Below are positions 42,757-53,871 of a stretch of 64,000 nt of DNA, in pieces. The DNA comes from an uncultured Candidatus Rokubacteria bacterium (GTDB lineage: Bacteria > Methylomirabilota > Methylomirabilia > Rokubacteriales > CSP1-6). The position numbers and the translations under genes are program-made. Within the stretch, counting starts at the first letter, position 1. Each line of letters begins with the position of its first letter. The DNA lies in the NCBI GenBank assembly GCA_963771355.1, contig CAVYTA010000006.1, positions 32,001 through 96,000 of the forward strand, in the 5' to 3' direction. The notes under the pieces are model-generated. The model was not told the DNA's origin and searched no databases. It worked only from the letters and a program-made list of their open reading frames with translations.

Positions 42757-43488
42757 TCACGACTTCTCGTACGCCGCGATCACCTCGTCGGGGTCCCCCT
42801 CCATCACGACCCTGCCTCCCGCGAGCCAGACAACCCGGTTACAGAGTGCGCGGATCTCCTTGAGCGAATGAGACACGATGACGAACGTCGTCCCCTGCCG
42901 CCGAAATTCTTCGAGGCGCTCGTAACACCTTGCCTGGAAGTGATTGTCCCCGACGGCGAGGATCTCATCGATCAGGAGGATATCAGGACTCAAGTGGACT
43001 GCCACCGAGAAACCAAGCCGAGCGACCATCCCGCTCGAATAGGTCCGGAGCGGTTCGTTCAACGAAGCCTCGAGTCCGCTGAACGCCACGATGGCGTCCA
43101 TCCGCGCCGCCACCTCGCCGCGAGTCAGCCCCATCAGCACCCCATTCAGGACGATGTTCTCGTGGCCGGTCAGCTCGTAGTGGAAGCCCGCGCCCAGCTC
43201 GAGGAGCGGTACCACACGGCCATGTACCTCCACCGTGCCTGCCCCGGGCTCGATGACGCCGGCGATCAGGGCGAGAAGTGTGCTCTTGCCGGAGCCGTTC
43301 GCGCCGACGATGCCCACCGTCTCGCCTTGCCGCACGTCTAGAGAAACGTCGTCCAGGGCGAGGAAGCGATCCGCACGCATGCTCCGGATGAGATCAGGTA
43401 GGTGGAGCAGAGACTGCTTGAGGCCGCGGCCCAGGTGTCGATGGCGCGGATACTCCTTCGTGACGCGGTCAACCCGGACGACCGTCAT
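42757..43488 (-). CDS. wzt: Polysaccharide export ABC ATPase without C-terminal carbohydrate-binding domain
   Basis: Walker A GANGSGKS, YSSGM signature, LLIDE, VSH; ATGA overlap with wzm. Confidence 0.93.
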   Translation of the reverse strand: MTVVRVDRVTKEYPRHRHLGRGLKQSLLHLPDLIRSMRADRFLALDDVSLDVRQGETVGIVGANGSGKSTLLALIAGVIEPGAGTVEVHGRVVPLLELGAGFHYELTGHENIVLNGVLMGLTRGEVAARMDAIVAFSGLEASLNEPLRTYSSGMVARLGFSVAVHLSPDILLIDEILAVGDNHFQARCYERLEEFRRQGTTFVIVSHSLKEIRALCNRVVWLAGGRVVMEGDPDEVIAAYEKS

Positions 43489-44285
43489 ACGAGCTCGGCG
43501 AATCGAGGAGACAGGGCGCGGTAGACGAGCGTACCGACCGCGAGGCAGACGACGCCGGTCAGATAGGCGGCTCCGACGAGTAGCGGGTCGAGATGGCCGT
43601 CCAGCAAAAGCTTCTGCCAGGCCCGGATGAGCGGTGCCACCGGATTCAGCTTGATCCAAACGTGATACTGCACCGGGACTACCGAAACCGAGTACATGAT
43701 GGGAGTGAGGAAGAACAGGACCTGGATGAACAAGGCGACGAGCCGCTCGAGGTCGCGGACGAAGACATTGATCGAGGAAACCGCCAATGCCACACCGTAG
43801 AGGGTGAGGAACTGAGCGAAGACCAAGAGGGGGATGCCTGGCAGCCACCACCAAGATGGGGCGCGACCATACCACAGCAGCGCCAGGACGGTGACCGGGA
43901 TCGTCAGCAAAAAGTGGATCGCATCGCTCAGGACGCTGCTCACGATGAGGACGTTCCGCGGGAAGCGGACTTTCTTGATGAGCGAGGCGTTGGCAATGAA
44001 AGCCATCGGCGCGTTCCCGACCGAGCTCACGAGCCACTGCCACGGGAATAGCCCTGCGATCAGGAAGAGCGGGTACGGATAGCCGGGGATCTCGAAGCGG
44101 AGGAAAACGCCGAGCGCCACGTAGTAAACGGCGGTGAACAGCAGGGGATTGGCCACCGACCACGCGTAGCCCAGCCAGCTGTTCTTGTAGCGGACCTTCA
44201 TGTCCTTCTGTACGAGAATCAAGATCAGGTCCGTGGGGTATCCACGGTGCCGGGGAAAGGATACGGCGAAGGTCCGCGTCGTCAT
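43485..44285 (-). CDS. wzm: Polysaccharide export ABC permease
   Basis: RYKNSWLGYAW, KKVRFP, RDL, FFLTPIMY, LNP. Confidence 0.93.
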   Translation of the reverse strand: MTTRTFAVSFPRHRGYPTDLILILVQKDMKVRYKNSWLGYAWSVANPLLFTAVYYVALGVFLRFEIPGYPYPLFLIAGLFPWQWLVSSVGNAPMAFIANASLIKKVRFPRNVLIVSSVLSDAIHFLLTIPVTVLALLWYGRAPSWWWLPGIPLLVFAQFLTLYGVALAVSSINVFVRDLERLVALFIQVLFFLTPIMYSVSVVPVQYHVWIKLNPVAPLIRAWQKLLLDGHLDPLLVGAAYLTGVVCLAVGTLVYRALSPRFAELV

Positions 44286-44372
44286 CCAACGCGAATTGTA
44301 CACGCGTATAGTCAGGGCGTAAGCAGGTTCTTGGTGGCGCGAGCGGCTGCCGCCATGTCAATATGAGGCCTC

Positions 44373-47300
44373 ATGGAAGGCCCTCTCAAGACGCGTCCGC
44401 GCATCAGCATCGTCGTCCCATCCTTCAATCAGGGGCGATTCCTCAGGCAGGCCCTCGACAGCATCCTTACCCAGTCTTACCTCGAGCGTGAAATCGTCGT
44501 GATGGACGGGGGATCCACTGACCAAAGCCTCGAGATCATCAAAGAATATGCGGGAAGCCTGACCTATTGGCGGAGCCAACGGGATGCGGGCCAAGCGGCG
44601 GCGATCAATGAGGGCCTCCGCCACTGCTCAGGCGATATTGTCGCCTGGCTCAATTCCGACGACTACTATCTCCCGGATGCCCTCTGGAGGATCGCCCGTG
44701 CGTACGCCGAGTTTCCCGCGCGTGGCCTTTACGTGGGAAACGGTCTCCGATATCGAGAGCATAACCAACAGTTCACTCCCTTCTGCCGGCGTCATGTCGC
44801 GATCAATCGCGACGCGCTCACGAACGGCCTCGATTACGTGCTGCAGCCTGCCACGTTCTTCCTGCGTACCGCTTGGGAGGCGGTGGGCGGTTTGGATGAG
44901 GGGATGCGCTATTGCCTTGATTGGGACATTATCGTCCGCATCGCACAGCGATACACAGCAGTCACAATCAACGAATTCCTCGCGGTAACCAGAGAGTACG
45001 ACGAAACAAAGACCAGCCTCGGAAGCATGGAGCGTATCTTTGAGATCCATCGAGCCGTGAGAGGGTGGACCGGACGAGAGGTTACGCCCGGAACGTTGCA
45101 CTATCTGATCGAAACTCTTCTCGATCCCAAGACCAAGATGGTACCTCCGAAGGTCCAATATCACCTGGCCGGAGCCCAATTAGCCGTCCTAGATCATTTC
45201 CGCACGACGTGTGGAAACTTGGATGGTTTCCCTGAGGCCGGTGATCGTCAGGACTCGGTCTATCTGCAGCTCGCCACTAGAGAGATCGAACGCGGTCCCA
45301 CACCTGCTCTCTCCGATCTGCCGTCTATCAGCATCGTCGTTCCGTCGCTGAACCAGGCAGCGTTCCTCGGCCAGGCGCTGGAAAGCATCCTGAACCAGGA
45401 CTATCCGAATCTCGAGATCCGCGTCTACGACGGAGGTTCGTCGGACGGCAGTGTCGAGATCCTCCGACAGTATGAGCACAGGCTGAGCTACTGGGTCTCC
45501 GAGCCGGATCGCGGGCCGGCACACGCCATCAACAAGGGCTTCGCCGGCGCGAAGGGCGAGATACTTGGCTGGCTCAACTCGGACGACATGCTCGCCGAGG
45601 ACGCGCTCATGGCCGTTGGACGCGCGTTCGCCGAGGATCCGGAGCTCGATCTGGTGTACGCCAACGCGCTCTACATCGATGAAGAAAACCGTCTCTATCT
45701 CGCCGACCACGGGGGCTACCGCACCGGGCTCTACTATGGAGAGATGCAGCCCCGGGAGAGAATCCCAGCGTACTGGTCATATGTTCACGCCGTTCCTCAG
45801 CCCACCGTATTCTTTCGTAGGCGATTGCTGGAGTCCTGTGGCGCCCTGGACGAGCATTATCACTTTATCTTCGACTTCGACTTGTTCTACCGGTTTGCCG
45901 CGAGCGCCAAGACGAGGAAGCTGGAGCGCACTCAGGCTTTCTACCGGATCCACCGAAGAGCCAAGACAAGTGATTGGAGCAAGTTCCTCGTGGAGCTGTA
46001 TGACTTCAGCAGGGTGAGGTGGCCCGGCCGCCGGGCCCCCTCCTTCCATCCATTCCTCAAAGACTTCTTGAGAGGCTTCGCTCGTCGCCATTTCGGAGGC
46101 CGACCACGTGATCTCCGAGAATGGGTGATATTGGCTGTGGCGGGACTCTCGGCCTTTGCCAAAATTGGTAATCCCGAGCGTCTCGTGTCTCGCTGGCGAC
46201 GAAACCCCAGCCCCCGCGCCGCAGATCCCGTGCCCGGCCAGGCGAGCACCTACACATATACTGTTCCAGATCGAGCCCCTCGGTATCGCTCCTTCTTCTG
46301 CTCCCTGGTCATGCCTCGCCATCCGGGCTATTTCGGTGGTGAGATTCGAGACTTCCACCTTCTCCGCTATCTCCTCGGGATCAGCACCGTAGAGTTCTTC
46401 TCCGTGAGTCCCTTGCCCGAGGCAGGTGTAGACGATCGAGCTGACTGGCTGGCACCTTTTCTCCAACGCCGTCACACACCAGTTATCGGCTCCCAGGAAG
46501 CAGCGGGTCTCATTCCCAGATTCGTCAGCGCTCTACGGGCCCGCCAGCTTCCGGTGCTCGGGCCTCGTTACCACTCGGACGTAACGAATCACATCAGACT
46601 AATCGGCACCTTCGGCGAGGCGATGCGACAGGCGCTCCTCCGAGATCAGCCAGACTTCCTCTTCGTCAGCCCGCAGGTGAACCCGATCGCTCTGACGTTC
46701 CCTGCCGAGGGACTCCGTACTCGGTTGGTCATGGCGTCCTACGATGTGGAGGCCGAACGCATCCGAAGCTTCGTCGAGGCATCGCGCGGCCTCACCAAAG
46801 TAGCATTCCACCTGGAAAGCCGTCGGGCTCAGCGGTTCGAGGAGGAGAACCTCCAAGTCTATGACGGGGTAATCGCCGTGAGCGCGAAGGATCGAGACGT
46901 GTTCATCGGCAGGTATGGCTTTTCACCCGAGCGTGTTCTCGTCATCGAGAACAGCGTGGATCCGCACTACTTCACGTTCGCGGAGAGATCGTCCGATCCG
47001 ATTCCCCGTGTGATCTTCGTCGGAACGCTCAGCTACATGGCCAACCGTCAGGCCGCGTGGCGACTCGTACGCGACATCATGCCACTCGTACGCCGGCAGT
47101 GTCCGGACGCACGCCTGTTAATCGTTGGCCAGGGACCGGAACCGGCCCTCCTGGCGCAGCACGATGGGGATCAGACCGTTGTCACCGGCCGCGTCGAAGA
47201 CGTGCGTCCCTACCTGGCGAGGGCGGCCGTCGCTTGCATGCCGCTCTCTGCTGGTTCCGGAACGAAGTACAAGGTTTTGGAGGCGTTGAGCGCGGGCGTG

Positions 47301-47558
47301 CCCACCGTGTGCACGCCAACCGCCCTCGAAGGGCTCGATCTGAAGGATGGCGAGGAGTTGTTGGTCAGAGAGACCGACGAAGACCTTGCCGCCGGCGTCG
47401 TGACCCTCATCAAACAATCGGAGGTGGCTGCGCGACTGGCGCGCCAGGGGCGCGAGGTGGTCGAACACCAGTACGCCTGGGACGCCAACCTGCCGCGCCT
47501 CGACGCGTGGCTCGATCTGCTCTTGTCATTGCCGCTCCGCCGAGAGGTGAATCAATGA
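44373..47558 (+). CDS. Three-domain glycosyltransferase GT2-GT2-GT4
   Basis: Two SIVVPS.NQ...WLNSDD domains; C-terminal FVG...GSGTKYKVLEALSAG GT4 domain; 1061 aa, intact. Confidence 0.9.
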   Translation: MEGPLKTRPRISIVVPSFNQGRFLRQALDSILTQSYLEREIVVMDGGSTDQSLEIIKEYAGSLTYWRSQRDAGQAAAINEGLRHCSGDIVAWLNSDDYYLPDALWRIARAYAEFPARGLYVGNGLRYREHNQQFTPFCRRHVAINRDALTNGLDYVLQPATFFLRTAWEAVGGLDEGMRYCLDWDIIVRIAQRYTAVTINEFLAVTREYDETKTSLGSMERIFEIHRAVRGWTGREVTPGTLHYLIETLLDPKTKMVPPKVQYHLAGAQLAVLDHFRTTCGNLDGFPEAGDRQDSVYLQLATREIERGPTPALSDLPSISIVVPSLNQAAFLGQALESILNQDYPNLEIRVYDGGSSDGSVEILRQYEHRLSYWVSEPDRGPAHAINKGFAGAKGEILGWLNSDDMLAEDALMAVGRAFAEDPELDLVYANALYIDEENRLYLADHGGYRTGLYYGEMQPRERIPAYWSYVHAVPQPTVFFRRRLLESCGALDEHYHFIFDFDLFYRFAASAKTRKLERTQAFYRIHRRAKTSDWSKFLVELYDFSRVRWPGRRAPSFHPFLKDFLRGFARRHFGGRPRDLREWVILAVAGLSAFAKIGNPERLVSRWRRNPSPRAADPVPGQASTYTYTVPDRAPRYRSFFCSLVMPRHPGYFGGEIRDFHLLRYLLGISTVEFFSVSPLPEAGVDDRADWLAPFLQRRHTPVIGSQEAAGLIPRFVSALRARQLPVLGPRYHSDVTNHIRLIGTFGEAMRQALLRDQPDFLFVSPQVNPIALTFPAEGLRTRLVMASYDVEAERIRSFVEASRGLTKVAFHLESRRAQRFEEENLQVYDGVIAVSAKDRDVFIGRYGFSPERVLVIENSVDPHYFTFAERSSDPIPRVIFVGTLSYMANRQAAWRLVRDIMPLVRRQCPDARLLIVGQGPEPALLAQHDGDQTVVTGRVEDVRPYLARAAVACMPLSAGSGTKYKVLEALSAGVPTVCTPTALEGLDLKDGEELLVRETDEDLAAGVVTLIKQSEVAARLARQGREVVEHQYAWDANLPRLDAWLDLLLSLPLRREVNQ

Positions 47559-48319
47559 CTGTTCGGTTCGAGACGCCGCGCGACGTTCCGGATATTTCGG
47601 AGTGCGCCTTCTACCACTACATGGACCTACCTGGCATCGGTCAGGTCGGAGATCACTGGGATCTGCGCAGGACCATTGAAGAGTACTTCGGTGGATTCGA
47701 CTTCAAGAGGAAGAGGGCTCTGGATGTCGGCGCCGCGAGCGGGTACCTGACATTCGAGATGGAGAAGCGGGGCGCCAGCGTCGTGTCATTCGATATCGCC
47801 GATGGTGGGGACTGGGACTGCGTACCGTTCGCGCACCCTGAATTCGATCCCGAGAAGCTTGTGCGCGATCTCAAGTGGCACATCAATCGGATCAAGAACG
47901 CGTACTGGTATGCCCATCGCGTACTGGGCTCGAAGGCGCAAGTCTACTACGGTGACATCTACAGCTTTCCGCCGGAGCTTGGTTCCTTCGATGTGGTCGT
48001 GTTCGGGATGGTGCTGCCACACCTCCGGGATCCGTTCCGCGCTCTGCAATCGGCCTCGCGGCTATCCAACGAGTGGTTGGTCATCACGCAGCAGTGCCTC
48101 AAGCGATCCGAGCCCGTCTGTCTGTTCCAGCCAGATCCGGGGACCAGAGCCGATGCCCTCACGTGGTGGCTAATGTCGGAGGGATGCGTCGATCAAATGC
48201 TCGGGGTGGTCGGCTTCGAAGTCGTGTCTCTGACCCGCGCGATGCACGACTGCCCGATCCGGAAGCATGCCGAGGAGTGCACGACTTTCATCGCGCGGCG
48301 GGTTTCCGGCCACGCCTGA
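47555..48319 (+). CDS. Class I SAM-dependent methyltransferase (DUF1698-like)
   Basis: FYHYMDLP, LDVGAASG, FDVVVFG, HLRDP; ATGA overlap. Confidence 0.88.
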   Translation: MTVRFETPRDVPDISECAFYHYMDLPGIGQVGDHWDLRRTIEEYFGGFDFKRKRALDVGAASGYLTFEMEKRGASVVSFDIADGGDWDCVPFAHPEFDPEKLVRDLKWHINRIKNAYWYAHRVLGSKAQVYYGDIYSFPPELGSFDVVVFGMVLPHLRDPFRALQSASRLSNEWLVITQQCLKRSEPVCLFQPDPGTRADALTWWLMSEGCVDQMLGVVGFEVVSLTRAMHDCPIRKHAEECTTFIARRVSGHA

Positions 48320-48337
48320 GGGAGTATTCGGGCCTCT

Positions 48338-50317
<1,980 letters not shown>

Positions 50318-50449
50318 CTACTACGCTGCCGCGTGATAGTCGACACGTGAAGCCTCCATTCGGCTAGCCGGGGCCGGCTCCCGCACGACGCGCCACCGAT
50401 AGGCGTCGCGCGTCGGCAGGGACTGAGCGGTCCCGGCGGAGCCGCGTCA

Positions 50450-51565
50450 TCAGGCGGCGACGGCGCGCGCCACCGCCTGTTGCACGGCGCGCGCCGTCGC
50501 CGCCCACGAGAAGCGACCCGCGCGCTCCAGCCCGCGCTCGCGCAGGTCCTTGCAGAGCCCGTCCTCGGTGAGGACCCGGCAGAGGCCGGCCGCGATGGAC
50601 GCGGGGTCGAGGGGATCGACGAGCACCGCGGCATCGCCGACGACCTCCGGAATGGAGGAGACACCGGCGGCAACGACCGGCGTGCCGCAGGCCATCGCCT
50701 CCAGCGCGGTAAGCCCGAAGCCCTCGTGGAGGGAGGGGAGCACGAGGGCGCGCGCGCCCCGGTAGAGGGCGAGCAGCTCCTCGTCCGGGGCGTAGGGCCG
50801 CCAGTCCACCCGGGACTCGAGGCCGAGCGCGCCGATGCGATCCCGGAGCATCCGGACGTGCGGGGGCCGTCCCCATCCCCTCAAGACCAGCCGGACCGGA
50901 AGACGGCGGGCCACCTGGGCAAAGGCCTCCACGAGACGGACGAGGTTCTTGTGCGGCATCACATTGCCGACGTAGAGCACGTAGGGTTCCCCGTCGGGCG
51001 CCGCCGGCGGGTCCGCCGGGACGAACCGCTCGGCGTCGTATCCCGACAGCACGACGTGGACCTTCTCGGGCGGCACGTCGTAGAAGCGCAGCAGTTCACG
51101 CCGCGTGCTCTCGGAGATCACGATGACGGCCCGGGAGGCGCGGAGCACCGCCGGCACGTAGTGCCGGAAGTAATACTGCTGCCGTGGGTACTCCGACGGA
51201 TACAGCAGCGGCAGCAGGTCGTGCACGGTGGTCACCTGGGGGAGCCCTGGCGCGAGCAGCCCCTCGGGCATAAGGTTCAACAGGACGCGCGGACGTGCCC
51301 GTCGCACGCGCGTCCGGAGCCCCGTCTGCACCCACAGGAGGCGGCGGAGATGTCCCCAGGTGCCCCGCTCGGGCCGCATGGCGGGCGACACCCGCTGCAC
51401 GAGCGTGCGCGGGCCTGCGATGAGGTCGGGCCGCGACGTGTAGACGACGAGCCGCTCGCCGAGCGCGGCCAGCCCCGAGATGAGGTGGAGGGCGTAGAAG
51501 CCGAGCCCGGTTGGCCGCTGCCCGATGATGGCGGCGTTGATCGCGATGGTGCCGTCGATGGCCAC
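50450..51565 (-). CDS. GT4 glycosyltransferase
   Basis: TVHD, GNVMPHKNL, PSLHEGFGLTALEAMACG; GTG start 51565. Confidence 0.92.
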   Translation of the reverse strand: MAIDGTIAINAAIIGQRPTGLGFYALHLISGLAALGERLVVYTSRPDLIAGPRTLVQRVSPAMRPERGTWGHLRRLLWVQTGLRTRVRRARPRVLLNLMPEGLLAPGLPQVTTVHDLLPLLYPSEYPRQQYYFRHYVPAVLRASRAVIVISESTRRELLRFYDVPPEKVHVVLSGYDAERFVPADPPAAPDGEPYVLYVGNVMPHKNLVRLVEAFAQVARRLPVRLVLRGWGRPPHVRMLRDRIGALGLESRVDWRPYAPDEELLALYRGARALVLPSLHEGFGLTALEAMACGTPVVAAGVSSIPEVVGDAAVLVDPLDPASIAAGLCRVLTEDGLCKDLRERGLERAGRFSWAATARAVQQAVARAVAA

Positions 51566-51571
51566 GCCGAT

Positions 51572-51581
51572 GATTATAATC
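51572..51581. promoter_or_regulatory. Palindromic bidirectional -10 element serving two divergent, probably leaderless genes
   Basis: gattataatc gives TATAAT on both strands, 6 nt from ATG 51587 (+) and 7 nt from GTG 51565 (-). Confidence 0.7.
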
Positions 51582-51586
51582 GCAGG

Positions 51587-53818
51587 ATGACCGTGTCCGG
51601 GACTTCTGTCTCTCGCGCGCCCCGGTTCGGATCGGCGGTCGGGCCGTGGTGTCTGCTCGGCGCCCTCGTCCTGGGCCTGTGTGTCGTCGTGGCGATCTGG
51701 ACCTCCATCGACCGGCGGCCGCCCGAGTGGGACTACGCCAACCATCTGGAGCGGGCGCTCCAGTGCTACCGCATCCTGGCGCAGCCCGGCCACGACCGGG
51801 CGCGCGAGATCCTCGAGGCGACCGCGTTCTATCCGCCCGTGACCACCTGCGCGGCGGGCCTGCTCTACTTCCTTTTCCCGGTGGTGCCGCTCACCGCTCA
51901 GGTCGTGATGCTCGGCTTCCTCGCCCTGGGCGTGGTGAGTGTCTTCCTGCTCGGGCGGCACCTGTTGGACACCCAGGCCGGGCTGCTCGCGGCTTTTCTG
52001 CTGTCGACGGCGCCATTCGTGGTCTTCTCGCTGACGAACTTCCAGCTGGATCTACCGCTGACCGGGATGGTGGCGTTCTCCCTGTACTTGCTGGTGCGCA
52101 GCGCGGGCTTCTCGCTGACCGGCTGGTCGCTGGCCTTCGGCATCGCCGCGGGTATCGGCATGCTCACGAAGCCGCCCTTCCTGGTCTACCTGCTGCCACC
52201 GCTCCTCTGGGTCGTCTGGCGGACCGTGAGGCTCCCGCAGGACGGAGGGCGCACGGCGCGGCTCGGGCGGCTCGCCGCCGCTCTGGTGGCCGCGACGGCG
52301 CTGGCGCTGCCGTGGTACGGCCCGCGGCTGATCGGCCTGCCGCTCCAGGTCATGAACCGCTCCTTCAAGAACGCGGCGATCGAGCAGAAAGCCGGCACGT
52401 TTTCCCCGGAAGGGCTCCTGCACTACCCGACGATGTTTCCCACCCAGTTTGGCCTTTTGGCCGTGGCCCTCTTTCTCTGGGGTCTCTGGGCGCTCAGGCG
52501 GGAACGCGCGGCCCGCGCCTTCCTCTGGATCGCCGCTCTGGGTCCGTTCGTGGTCTTCATCCTGGTCCAGAACAAGAACCTCCGCTACACGCTGCCGATC
52601 CTCCCCGCCGCCGCGCTGGTGGCGGCGGCGGGCGCCCGCGCTCTGCGCCCGGCCCTGCGTCACGGCGTGACGTGGGCCTGCGTCGCGCTGGGCGCGCTCC
52701 AGGTGTCCATGACGGCTTTCGCGCTGCCGGCGCCCCCCACCCTCGCCGGGTTCGGTTTCCCGATGGTGTTCGTCCGGCGCCCAGAGCCGGCCGACTGGCA
52801 GCAGGCGCGAATCCTCGGCGACATCAAGCGCGAGAGCGGCAACCAGCCGGTGACCGTGGCCATCGTGCCCAACCGTGACTACTTCTCGGTCTCGAACTTC
52901 CGCTACGAGGTCGCGCGCCTGGGACTGCCCTTCCGGATGATCGGAGCATGGTGGTGGGGACCGCCGGTCGGCGTGGACTTCGTCGTCGTCAAGACGGGAT
53001 CCCAGGGGGCTCCGTGGACGGCCGAGCGGCTTGAGAAGATCACCCGAGCGGTGGACGGCGGCGACCCTTACCTGGCCGAAGTCTTCCCGGTGGTCGGCCG
53101 ATATACGTTGCCCGACGGCAGTATCGGCACCCTCCGCCGGCGCCGCATCCCGGCGCTCACCGACTGGGCACCCGCGCGCGTCGCAGCGCGCCTGGCCGAG
53201 GCGCCGGCGTCGTTGCTCCGCACCAACGTGCGCGACCCGGTGGGGCTCCGGGTGACGCTCGATTATCGTCCGGACGCCATTCTGCGCGGCGAGGTAGAGC
53301 ACGTGCGGCTGACGGCCGAGAGCGCCGCGGTGGGGGAGATGGAGCGGCACGACCGCTCGCCGCTGACGCTTCGCGACATCCGGGTCGCCGTGGACGGGCT
53401 CGTGTTCAACCCCCGCCGGCTCGTGGAGACGGGCGAGCTCGAGGTGCTGGATGTCGGCGCGCTCCGGCTCGAGCACGCGGTGGTGACCCAGGCCGATCTC
53501 GACCAGCTCCTGCGGGGGCAGCCGGCCGGGACCGGCGTGGAGGTGGCGCTCGGCGACGGCGCTGCCGATGTGCGGGTGACCCGGCTCGGCCCCGCGATCG
53601 CCGCACGCGTGCAGCTCGCGTCCTCATCCGGGGATCGCCCACTCGCGCTCGCGGTCGACCGCGTGCGGGTCGCCGGCATCCCGGTCCCCGATATCCTCGC
53701 GGCCTGGATCGTGAGGCATCTTGACCCGACACTTGCGCTTCGACGGCTGCCAACGCTCGTCACGGTGCCCGCGGTCCGGATCCAGCCCGGGCGCATCGAG
53801 ATCGGCGAGCGGCAGTGA
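51587..53818 (+). CDS. ArnT/PMT-type GT-C glycosyltransferase with C-terminal DUF2993/LmeA-like domain
   Basis: RRPPEWD acidic loop, YPP, GMLTK, RYTLP, many TMs; C-terminal LRGEVEHVRL...VVTQADLDQLL beta-rich domain. Confidence 0.82.
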   Translation: MTVSGTSVSRAPRFGSAVGPWCLLGALVLGLCVVVAIWTSIDRRPPEWDYANHLERALQCYRILAQPGHDRAREILEATAFYPPVTTCAAGLLYFLFPVVPLTAQVVMLGFLALGVVSVFLLGRHLLDTQAGLLAAFLLSTAPFVVFSLTNFQLDLPLTGMVAFSLYLLVRSAGFSLTGWSLAFGIAAGIGMLTKPPFLVYLLPPLLWVVWRTVRLPQDGGRTARLGRLAAALVAATALALPWYGPRLIGLPLQVMNRSFKNAAIEQKAGTFSPEGLLHYPTMFPTQFGLLAVALFLWGLWALRRERAARAFLWIAALGPFVVFILVQNKNLRYTLPILPAAALVAAAGARALRPALRHGVTWACVALGALQVSMTAFALPAPPTLAGFGFPMVFVRRPEPADWQQARILGDIKRESGNQPVTVAIVPNRDYFSVSNFRYEVARLGLPFRMIGAWWWGPPVGVDFVVVKTGSQGAPWTAERLEKITRAVDGGDPYLAEVFPVVGRYTLPDGSIGTLRRRRIPALTDWAPARVAARLAEAPASLLRTNVRDPVGLRVTLDYRPDAILRGEVEHVRLTAESAAVGEMERHDRSPLTLRDIRVAVDGLVFNPRRLVETGELEVLDVGALRLEHAVVTQADLDQLLRGQPAGTGVEVALGDGAADVRVTRLGPAIAARVQLASSSGDRPLALAVDRVRVAGIPVPDILAAWIVRHLDPTLALRRLPTLVTVPAVRIQPGRIEIGERQ

Positions 53819-53871
53819 GGACTACGCGGCCAGAGTCACCTCGTCGCGTCCCGGCGCCGCCTCGTGCCCGG

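Noticed and set aside
42757..44361. 534-aa Wzt with long N-terminal extension
   Set aside because: The extension overlaps wzm out of frame; true start is ATG 43488 at an ATGA junction
50480..51586. N-terminal 369 aa of the 1112-aa ORF
   Set aside because: Antisense to the GT4; the GT-C protein begins at 51587
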